Shown: positions 1-10,585 of the stretch, one piece after another | How the letters are laid out: each line of letters starts with the position of its first letter | Numbering within the stretch: position 1 is the first letter of the stretch | Source of the DNA: Adineta vaga | Taxonomy: Eukaryota; Animalia; Rotifera | Direction of reading: 5' to 3' | DNA: 64,000 bases | Assembly (NCBI GenBank): GCA_021613535.1 | Contig: CP075497.1 | Coordinates: forward strand, 8,370,001-8,434,000 | Translations under genes and position numbers: made by a program | The notes under the pieces: model-generated | The model's input: only the letters and a program-made list of their open reading frames with translations | Database searches by the model: none | Told to the model about the DNA's origin: nothing

Positions 1-396
1 AAGTTCTCGAGCAAGATGATCTTGATTTCGAAGATCTTCATAAAGTTCTCCATCAAATTTTTCTAAATAACTATCAGAAAGGATATTATTAAGAACAGGT
101 CCAAGAAGAATGTCACGTTGTGAATCAGTCGTAATCGAAATCGAATCAGGTGAATTCTGTTCAGTTGTTTTCGTCGTCGTCGATGTTGCTGAAACTAATA
201 CTGTTGAACGTGTAGGTGACGTATACAAGAAATGAAATCGATTTAATAAACGTCGAACATTAGTTAAATGTTCGAAGACAGTGAATAGTGCGAGCATCAA
301 GTCTTCTCGTTAATGTCTGATTTCTCATATAGTTTCTCCATACCATCTGTTGCTTTTTCTTCTTCGAATATAATTACCATTTGATGACAATAACAT
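1..396 (-). CDS. Partial gene or pseudogene running off the left edge, unknown product
   Basis: Minus-strand frame is open from ATG at 297 to the window edge (MLALFTVFEHLTNVRRLLNRFHFLYTSPTRST...LLGPVLNNILSDSYLEKFDGELYEDLRNQDHLAREL). The same frame extends to an ATG at 396 across two stops (TGA 325-327, TAA 310-312). No family recognised. Confidence 0.45.
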
Positions 397-476
397 AAAG
401 CTTATTTTATCGCTTCGTCGCTTATTTGTCTTCTTCTTCTATTTTAATACAATAGTTTTCCTCCTCTCTCTTTTAG

Positions 477-917
477 CCATCACCGTCCTCGAACGCCGAT
501 TCACTATTAAAAGATATTGAACATTGACAAGATATTTTATTAGACAGACTCAATTATCTGTATAATGAACTATGTTATTATCACAACTTTCAAGTAAAAT
601 ATCCCCAAGAATAACTAATACAATCTATTCATGAAGAAATAGTTGTGCATTTATCAGCCAAACAACCATCCAAAGAAATTTTGAACCTTATTGAACAATT
701 TCATGATCGACTTTCAATTCGAACGTATCGTCATTCATCATTGCGTGACAATTCAATCAATAATCAATTTCAAAATTTATTTTCAAACAACCGATTATTA
801 ACAATTATTTGGGCTGATCATGAAAATCTTCCTTAAATGTTTCATTCAAAATTGAATCTCAACACAGAACAATCAATTGTCAAGCATCTTACTAATAAAT
901 TAGCAAATAACAATTAA
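477..917 (+). pseudogene. AIMP2/JTV-1 (p38)-like pseudogene: leucine zipper plus thioredoxin-like region
   Basis: After a polypyrimidine-AG acceptor (476) one frame reads PSPSSNADSLLKDIEH*QDILLDRLNYLYNEL...PQE*LIQ...EEIVVHLSAKQPSKEILNLI...RLSIRTYRHSSL...LLTIIWADHENLP*MFHS...EQSIVKHL. These blocks are colinear with remembered AIMP2 motifs (LESRQDDILKRL, DIVINANP, VHTHSSV, FTLIW, QMKFS, EGNIARFL). In-frame stops at 525, 612, 834; no frameshifts. Confidence 0.6.
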
Positions 918-1706
918 ATGTCATATTTTTTTCTACCAATGACATTCAGTTTTATTTTTCTTTAAACATTTGCTAAGAATGATGCGACTTAGATCTCTAT
1001 ATGTGTAGAGAAGAAAAAAAGAAACAGATCAACATTTAGTAAGAGTTCATGTGTTGTTTTTTCTCGTAATTCAAGTACACCCGCTCCCATTATAACACCT
1101 CCTACTATTTTTCTCATTGTCTCTACTTCAAAATCATAGCGAAAAGAAAACAACAAGAAAGAAACTTAAAGTAACGAAAGAAGAAAAAAAATGAGTAGTA
1201 ATGAGAATCTAGGAGTGAAACATAAATAACTTATTGTCATATTTAAGACGCGCAAGCATGTGTGTACGTGTATGCGCTGACGACATCACTAACGAGTATG
1301 TTTACATAGATTGTGATACTACTGCATCAAAGCCGAGAGACGTAAGAAAAAAGGGATGAAAAGAATAGAAAAAAAACATCGATTCTCCTAGACTTTTTCT
1401 ATCGTTATTTGTTGCACAGAAAGCTTCGTTCTGTTCTCTTTTTTCTTCTCAGTACCAGGATAGACCAGAAGCGTAAAAGAAAAAAAAATTGCCTATTACT
1501 CTCAAAGTCTTCGTGTTCTTCTTTTCCTCTTTCAGAAATAAAGATCATGCAAAGATAAAATTTCAATCTTTTCTTTTTCTTCTTCCCCTAATAATATTAA
1601 CTATTTATAATCTATCTAACAAAACGTGTACTAATTTATTCATTTTTTCAATTTATCGTATATCAGATATTGTTTCAATCAATCTTTTCCATATTTCACT
1701 CTGTAG

Positions 1707-4419
1707 ATGTCGGATTCAACAACAACAACAACAACAACAACGACAAATGAGAGCCAAAAAAGTTCAATTATATCGGATTTTACGAATGTTACACAATCAG
1801 CAGCTGCCGAACAACAACCTTCGATAAAAAGTGCTCGATCTTCGATTTTATTAAATGGACCTAGTATGAAAGATCAATCATCATCATCATTTACAGTATC
1901 TCTTGATGATCGTTCAAAATATCGTTCACCATTAGTTTCACGTTATGCATCCGTAGAGATGAGTTTCAATTTTAGTGAAGTCAAAAAGTTTTCGACTTGG
2001 CGACGACTTTGGTATTGGCTGGCACATTGTCAGAAAGTATTTCATCGATAGATTTTCTTTCGAGAATTATTGTTCAATTTAACCTTTTCTCTAGCAACTT
2101 GGTTTGGATATTACTGATGAACAATTAGAGGAAATGCAAAAAAATTTAACGAATATTGATTTCGATGTTGCAGAAGCTGAAGAACGTCGACGACGACATG
2201 ATGTTATGGCACATGTACATACATTTGCTCGTTGTTGTCCAAAAGCATCACCTATTATTCATCTTGGTGCGACATCAGCTTTTGTTGGAGACAATGCTGT
2301 ATGAATTTTCTTCTTTCTAATTGTATTAAGTCTTCCTATTTAAATTAAATGTAGGATTTAATCGTAATGAAAGATGCATTCGATATACTTATTGTTAAAG
2401 TAAACAAATGAAGGAATATTCGTATTTAATTAGTATGAATTTGGCTTTGTTTTTGTGTCTAGCTTGTGCGATGTATTCAACGTTTATCTCAATTTGCACA
2501 AGAATATGCCTGTTTACCAACACTTGGCTATACACATATGCAGTATGTTATTGTTTTTTTTGAGTATTTGAAAGAATTAATTTCATTTATTTTTAAAAAC
2601 ATTTGGCGACAAATAATTTGTATTCGTTGTTTTTTCTATAGAGAAAAAATATATCATAGCATGTCTGACACTTCAGATTCACTTGAGTATTATAGACATA
2701 AAAATAGAGGATTTTCTCTATTCAACGTTTCTCCTCGTTAAGAACATTTCATCTAGAACAAAAACAAAGATGAGAAATTAGCTTGGTTATATAAAATTCT
2801 GGATGTTTCTCATGTCAAATATCACATTTCATCAAATAAACATACGATTTCCTTCTTCTTCTTCTTCTTTTTTTTATATATGAGGAGACTAGTTACTAAT
2901 AACTGATTCCATACCGTTCTTTATTTTGTTCTATTACAATAGAGGAAACCAATAGTATTATGTTTTCGTAATTTTGTTTTTCTCTGTAAAGGCCAGCACA
3001 ATTAACAACTGTTGGTAAACGAGCATGTATATGGATTCAAGATCTATTAATGGATTTGAAAAATTTCGATCGTATGAAAAGACAATTGAAATTTCGTGGT
3101 GTCAAAGGAACAACTGGTACACAAGCATCATTTCTTCAATTATTTAATGGTGATCATTCGAAAGTAATGAAAACTATTATGTAAATAAGTATTGAAATCT
3201 ATATTTCGTAAAATAGGTTGAAGATCTTGATCGAATGGTAACTGAAATGGCTGGATTTTCGAAGTAAATTCCATTGAAAAATTGTGTTCGTTGAACTCTT
3301 TGATTTGATATGATTCTAGAGCATTTATTATTTGTGGTCAAACTTATACTCGTAAACTTGATGCTGAAGTAGTCAGTGTTCTGGCAAGTTTCGGTGGTTC
3401 CATTCATAAGGTTAATTCAATAAAGTTTATTTCATTATTAAAATAATCAAAATTCTTTCGTAGATGTGTACGGATATTCGTCTATTAGCTAGTTTGAAAG
3501 AAATCGAAGAACCATTTGAAATGGAACAGATCGGTAGGAATATTCAGATATGTGTATCTCTACAACTCATTTTCTATTGCTTCTTTTCGAATAGGTTCAA
3601 GTGCGATGCCCTATAAGCGTAATCCAATGAGATGTGAACGATGTTGTTCACTTGCACGTCATTTGATGACATTAATTAATGATCCACTGGGGACACATTC
3701 AGTTCAATGGATGGAACGAACATTAGATGATAGCGCTAATAAGTAAGTGAGAGAGATAAAGAACAGCCAAGAATAGAAATATATTTTTCAAAAAATTTAT
3801 GCTATTTAGACGTATTTGCATTCCTGAAGCTTTTCTAACTGCTGATATTATTTTATTCACATTACAAAATATTTCCGAAGGTCTTGTTGTTTATCCGAAA
3901 GTAAGACAAAGATAAAATGAATGATCACCTTCTCATTTGTCTGGTTTTTCAATTAGGTTATTGATAAGCATATTAAACAAGAATTACCATTTATGGCTAC
4001 AGAAAATATTATTATGGCTATGGTGATGAAATATTTATCTTGCATTTTAAAAGTCATTCGAGTCTGTTTTTAGGTTTCTGCTGGTGGTAATCGACAAGAA
4101 TGTCACGAAAGAATTCGTACTTTATCACAAAAAGCAGCCGAACGTGTGAAAATCGATGGTTTAGATAATGATCTTGTAGAACGTGTCAAAAACGATCCAT
4201 ATTTTACACCCATTGTCAACAAGCTTGATGTTCTTCTTGATGCTAAAACATTTATTGGTCGAGCACCAGAACAGGTAAAGTAGATCATTAGTTTTTTTCT
4301 CAAATTGATCTCATATTATTGTTCGTTAGGTTTATGAATTTATTTCACGTGAAGTTGAACCAACATTAAAGAATTTTTCACCTGTAATCACAACTAAGCC
4401 AACTGATTTAGCTGTTTGA
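1707..4419 (+). CDS. ADSL: Adenylosuccinate lyase, ~13 exons
   Basis: Spliced exons give [64 protein letters not shown], the fumarate-lyase signature [20 protein letters not shown] and [14 protein letters not shown]. Stop TGA 4417-4419. Confidence 0.96.
1717..1742 (+). repeat. (ACA)n coding microsatellite encoding poly-Thr in the ADSL N-terminal extension
   Basis: caacaacaacaacaacaacaacaac; translates as a Thr run. Confidence 0.8.
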
Positions 4420-4898
4420 ATCCCAAGCATTTATCCTCGACAAATACAAAAAAAAGATAAACTTTTCATTTACCTCAATACCTTTCTCTATATCGTTTTT
4501 CTTCGGTCTTCATCATTTTGCTGTATATGTCAAAAGTGTTGCATTTTTCTTTTTCTTTTTATATAGAACTAGTCGTTTTAGTCGAACAAAAACACATAAA
4601 CACACACGCACATAAATGTAAGAAAAGAAAACGAAATGTTAGTTGAGAAAAATGAGTCTATATATATATATACATAGTATTTTTTATATAGTGTCCCTGG
4701 TTATTTTAACTATACGAAAATCTTTTTTGTTTCTTCTACTATATTCAATGTATGGCTTTTTTGTTATAAAGCGTTTTGTATTTATATTGAGTAAAATCAA
4801 TGGACGAAAGTCTATGAAAATGAATCGTTGTTCCTATCTGTTTATTCTAATAAGAAACAAAAAACATATACATATATATATATACATAATATCTGAGT

Positions 4899-5888
4899 CT
4901 AAGCGTTGATAAGATCTTTTTCGTTGACAATATTATCACAACCAGTAGATGGACATTTAGCTGGACGTTTCGATTTGCTTTTTTCGGCAATATATTTCAA
5001 TACAGCTGTTTTTTCGTACTTATGTTTACATTTTTTATTTTGCACCGGTGTAACGAATTCTTTTTGTGTTAATGGACATTTGTTGGATACTATTTGTTCA
5101 GTATTATGAGCATTATCATCATCATCATCGTTATCACCATCTATATGAAAACGTAAGTTTTTCTTTCAAAACACAATTCTTTTACCTTGCATTTTAGAAA
5201 TACATTCAACAAAGTCAGCATAACGATTATCAGCATCCATATTGAAGGTATTAGAATCAGGTGGTTTGGTTAATACTTTATGGACTTGATCTTGTAATTT
5301 TTCTAAAATTTCGGTAGTTAATGCAGGTATTTCAATTTGTTCATCAGTTTGAGATTCATCAACTTCCATTTCATTCTCACTATCATCATCATCATCATCA
5401 TCATCAGTATTCGAACGGTTCTTGGAACGACGAACCTCTTCTTGACTTTCGTTTTGTCTATCAATAAATTTTGTCTAAAATTCGAAGAAAAAGAATATTA
5501 TTTATAATCATTTCAATTTGAAGTAGTTTTGTATATAAGTATTTCACCTTTTTCAATTGTGTTCGAGCGTCTTTGATACATTTAGTTGCTTTATCTTCAA
5601 CGTCATTAACACGCACAGCAATTTTCATAAGAACATCAACATATTTTTGACTTTCTAGAAAACAAAAGATAATTATCACCAAACAAATCGATTACTAAAT
5701 TGATAATTACCAGGACATTCTTGCATTTCTTGAGCAACACTTGTCAATGTGGCTATTTGTTTTTCAATCATTGGAAATATTTCCGACCATAGATTAATAG
5801 TTTGATCGATCTCTGTATAATCGATCGAAGAAGAATCAGTTGTTGGTATTATAAACGATGATGAATTAGTGGTTACTCTTGAAGACAT
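4899..5888 (-). CDS. NSMCE2: NSE2/MMS21-like E3 SUMO ligase with C-terminal SP-RING
   Basis: Spliced minus-strand gene starting MSSRVTT with a helical N-terminus and acidic linker. Last exon reads EQIVSNKCPLTQKEFVTPVQNKKCKHKYEKTAVLKYI...KCPSTGCDN, the Nse2-type SP-RING pattern (CP-x-T, C-x-H-x-YE, CP-xx-GC). Confidence 0.8.
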
Positions 5889-6231
5889 TCTACTTTTTTG
5901 AAAATGAATGAAATGGAACAAAAAAGTGTGCCTTATTTTATTTATCTAAATGATTTTTCTGTTGAATATTCAACGAACTAATCATGAAAACACCTAGAGG
6001 TCACTTCAAATCAAACGCGCTACTTGTTCATATGAAATATTCATTGATAGTGGCGTTCTTTTTATTCTTCAACATTTCCATCATGACATGATGTTATGTC
6101 TTCTATTTGATTTGGGCTTATAGATAAAGTCTCATTTTTTCGTCGTAACCGATCATCATTTAACATCTGTTAGATTGAGATTTCGTTTTTTTCTCTATCA
6201 AGTATGTTGTTGTACCATCGGCTCTAACGTT

Positions 6232-8922
6232 ATGGTGAAAAAGTGGGAGGTTCGTACGATTTAGTTTTTCGATGTTGAAAAATGAATTCTTTCTTCGTTT
6301 CTTTTCTTGTTGAATAGATTGTTGAAAGTAAAAATCGTTTTTATTGCGATGGAAGATGTTTAACTGGTCGCGATATTGGCATTTTCATCTTTGCACTGAT
6401 CTTAATTACAATCACATCAGGATTATTCTTTGGTTTTGAGTAAAAATTTCATTCTTAGATTTCAATTTCAATTTGAAACAAATATCATTTTAGTTGTCCA
6501 TATCTAGCTCATCGACTTAGTCCAGCTATACCAGTTTTTGCTGCTATTATATTTCTTAGTGTTATTTGTTTTATTGTTCGTACTGCCTGTTCTGATCCAG
6601 GTATTCTTCCACGCGCTACATCTGATGAAGTACTCTATCTCGAAAGATCAAGTAAACACATAAAAACGACCTGTTTTTCTGTCCAAGAATGAATAACATT
6701 ATTTTTTATTCAATAGATATTACCAGTGGTCCAAATAGTGTGGCCTTACCAGGTCGTACCATCGAAGTTCAAATGTATACTGGTCATGTTATTCAATTAA
6801 AATTTTGTTCTACATGTAAAATCTTTCGGCCACCGCGTGTTTCACATTGTTCCCTATGTGATGCATGTATCGGTAAGTGAATAGAAATGAAAATATTCTA
6901 ATCAAGTAATGAGAGATCTTGAAGAGAAAGAAGAGCATGAGTTCGTAAGAATTCTTTTTGTTTTTTGATCTGTCGTCGTCTATAACAATAATAAATAAGA
7001 GAACAAAAACTGATGAGAACAATGATTATGATTGAATAGAAAAGAGAGCTTTTTGAAGATTTGTTAATCGAAGATTTATATTCACAGATGACATGATGAT
7101 TTTCTTGACAATTACTTTGAGTCAAACAAAATTGTTTTTCAAAGCTGCGATACAATAATGTCCAACATTGATTTTTATCGGTATCAAATTGTGTACAACG
7201 AATTTGATTGATTAAATTTGTTCGATTCAAATTAATCCATAATTGTTGATTAGTTTTATTATGATTTAATAATAATAATAAAATTAAATCAAATCGAGTT
7301 AGATTTGTTAATGAAATCAATTCGAAATGATTCGTTTCTTTCGAACATTCATCGATCGCTTTCGGCTAATCAAATATTTCGAATTTATTCATCGATAGAA
7401 AATTAACACGAAAAATACCTGAGTAGTTTGATTGATATTTAATAAACAATATGAATGAGTAGTTGAACATGATGAATTTGTTTGAAATAGATAGAAGAAA
7501 AGAAGAATTGTTAACCACATAATAAAACAAAATAAAAATGCGCTTTCTTTTCTTTTAGCAAATTTTGATCATCATTGGTATGTTAATAAAGGATTTAAAC
7601 TGATCAATTTTATTCCTAGTATTTTAGTCCATGGGTTGGAAATTGTGTTGGCCTACGAAATTACCGCTATTTTTATTTATTCTTATTTTCATTATCAATT
7701 CTTTGTATCTATATCTTAGTGTTTAATGTCATCAATATTATCTTACGTAAGTACAGTTTTTTGACGAAAAACCAAAAAGAGAAGAATTTCGATCTCATTC
7801 GATTCTTCAGGATGACCTGAAATCTGAGTCATTTTCAAGGTCAACATAGAACGTTTTCTCTGAAGTAAAACAAGAATGTCTCATATTCATGGATAATCTT
7901 ATATATTATAATATTTCAATTAGACGTTAGTTATAGCTTGGTCCTAACAGATTTAGTATAGTTTGATAATCTGTTTTTCTAATTCCTTGTCTGCGTGAAA
8001 GATTGTTTTGATGAATATTTTCATTGATTTATTCGAAGCACGATTATCAAAAACATTCCGAGTACTTTGTTTTTTATTGGAGTACAAAGCGTTACAAAGG
8101 AATTTACATGAATAATTTTGAAGATGATTTACAGATAAGATGAGATTAGCTTGAGAAAAACTTTTCATCCTATGATACGTTTTCCAACTAATTGGATATT
8201 TTCATATTCTTTCATAACATTTCAATGAACAATGTTAATCTTTGTTTGAACGAGTTTTATAGAAATAATTTCACCTTCACAGTTATGTTAAATTTAATAA
8301 TAACATAGGTGCACAAGATAAACCATCGTTTGCTGATGCAATTCGTGAAACACCAGCAACAGTTGTCGAAGCATTGATTTGTTTCTTTTCCATCTGGTCT
8401 GTTGTTGGTCTTTGGGGATATCATACATATTTAATTTGTCGTAGTGTAACAACAAATGAAGATGTAAGTTGTGAAAAAAGAATATGAAATTATTTACTCT
8501 ATTGATTTTGATTTATCTTTATATAAGATTAAAGACACTTGGAGTTCATCTCGTCGTGGTGTAACAATGAAAAATCCTTTTTCGAAAGGTAATCCATGTT
8601 TGAATTGTTTCGCAGCATTATGTGGACCATTACCACCAAGTTTTCTTGATCTACGAGCTACTGTTACACCTGATAATAATAATTTTATACATATGGTACC
8701 AACACAAATGACGAATTCGAACAATACTAATGAAACTTCAAGATATCATTTAGATGAACATGACCGTGTGAATAATTATGTAATTTAATTCTTTTCTTGA
8801 ATAAAATTCAAAATTTATTTTTATTTATTTAGCAAGTCTACTCAACTGTAGATTATCCATATTCTGACCGACAACAACAACAACAACAACAACAACAATA
8901 TCCACCGTGTGATTATGTATAA
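6232..8922 (+). CDS. DHHC palmitoyltransferase, ZDHHC9/14/18 (Erf2) subfamily
   Basis: Exons give [42 protein letters not shown]|ANFDHHC|[21 protein letters not shown]...TTNEDIK, NPFS. The DHHC motif lies on a 19-nt exon (7559-7577). Confidence 0.93.
6898..7520 (-). CDS. Nested antisense gene: signal peptide + divergent C-type-lectin-like domain + TM + short tail (~189 aa)
   Basis: Exon 1 7419-7520 ([34 protein letters not shown]), GT-AG intron 7366-7418, exon 2 6898-7365 in frame (PKAIDECSK...LISL...LWINLNR...CW...[35 protein letters not shown], then RRR). It lies wholly inside DHHC intron 6873-7558. Confidence 0.8.
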
Positions 8923-9582
8923 TGTGTCAGATGTTCATGTTTCTTTTTCCTCTTCTTATTTTTTGGATTCCATCTTCTATTGTTTCATGTGAATATTTCT
9001 ATTTCTTATCAAAATAATAAACATGCTTGGCTTTGTTTGTAAATCAAAAAATGAAAGAAGATTTAAAAACTGGAAGTATTTATAAGAGAACGAATTTCGT
9101 TCGAGATGAAAATCTATTTAAAAAGAAAGAGAAGGAAAGGCAGATCTAACAGATTGTGACATTTGAATAGGAGATACATTATTCTTAGTCACGCATAGTA
9201 ATTAATAAATGTAATCAAACGTGTAGCGAGTAGTCTAGGAATATAGCAATATATGTTCACAATAAGATGTAGACATAAAATAAATATTAGAATTTACTGA
9301 AAGTTATTTTTAAGAACGTACCGGAGCGAGAGGACAAAACAATGATTTTTACACATTTATGTACTTAGGAAATACTTAAATCAAGATGTTTAAGTGAGTA
9401 AAAATAAATCATATTCGAAATTCAGAAAATCGATATGTAACTTGAGTATGTTCAATCATACTCAAATATCATCGTGAATGAAGAAAATTTCATATAAATA
9501 TACAGGAAAAAAGGCAAATCTCTATCACAGTAACTTTTCTATTTAACAAACACTTCAATCGTCTACATAAATATTCATCATC

Positions 9583-9822
9583 ATGATGGTTTTTACAATT
9601 CCTCTGTTTATTTTTCTCATTTTATCTCTTGGACATGTTTATAGTTATCCATCGGTTGGATTACATAATACAATGATTAATAATAAACATGATCTTAAAG
9701 ATTTCTATTATCAACAAATGCTTAACAATGAAAAGACTTATAAATTATTAAATATGAATAATGAAAAGCAATTTCCATCGTCTTATATTGATTATATTCA
9801 TAAACGATTAATAGATTTCTGA
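9583..9822 (+). CDS. Small secreted protein, neuropeptide-precursor-like (79 aa)
   Basis: Hydrophobic signal peptide ending VYS|YP, dibasic KR followed by terminal LIDF. TATA-like TATAAAA at ~9493 and AATAAA at ~9851. Confidence 0.6.
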   Translation: MMVFTIPLFIFLILSLGHVYSYPSVGLHNTMINNKHDLKDFYYQQMLNNEKTYKLLNMNNEKQFPSSYIDYIHKRLIDF

Positions 9823-10585
9823 AAAAGATTTCTTGTGTTTTCTTTTGATTAATAAATAAAAAGAATTCCTTCAACTGAAACAATAAATTTTAATGAACTA
9901 ATGTTCAGTCGACAGGATAATCTTCTTTTTCTTCTATAAATCTAAACCGGATAGATAAATTTATTTAGAAGCACATATATCTATCTACGTTTCTTTTCTT
10001 TTTCTTCTTCTTCTTCTTTTTCTCTTCTTTCTTTCATAATAATAATAATAAAAAATAAAAATCGAACAGGAAATTATGTTCTTTCTTTCTTTCATTCTTC
10101 TCTTCGTCTCATATTAGTGTTTAAAATTAGTTTTAATAATGAAGATATTCTCACGTCGAAAAAAGCAAATCCGAACTAATTAAAAATTCTATGAGACATC
10201 AATAATTGTTTTATTAGTCGATTCTTACAAGTTTCTTACATGTCAAAATACAAAAGTGGATAAATATGCTTCTTTGATTTTTTTTCTCTCGAGAGACATG
10301 CGTGTTAATTCCATACTCACGCATTTTAGTTCGACAAGTCATGTTATTTTGGCTTTCAGCATCTTATTTCCCTTTTTCTGTCTGCTGCTTATTATCATCA
10401 TTTCTTTTTCTCTCGCTTTTTTTCTTCTCTCTTCTATTCGTTTTATTTTAAACAAAAAAAAAGAAATCTTCTCATCTTCTTTCCACACATTTAGCATTAA
10501 ATTATTGGTAGAATACTAACAAAAGAAGATTTTTTCTTCAAATGTAATCATTTGATTTTATAATTTCAAATCAATCAAGATAAAT

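Noticed and set aside
1-917. Alternative genetic code as the explanation for in-frame TAA/TGA
   Set aside because: Well-conserved genes in the window terminate at TAA, TGA and TAG and have no internal stops.
1489-1827. 112-aa ORF with poly-Q
   Set aside because: Alternative frame over the ADSL 5' region and its (ACA)n repeat; the upstream part is AT-rich non-coding sequence.
7805-7866. Possible intronic C/D snoRNA (AGGATGA...CTGA)
   Set aside because: Non-canonical C box, weak terminal stem, and no rRNA/snRNA complementarity that I could recognise.
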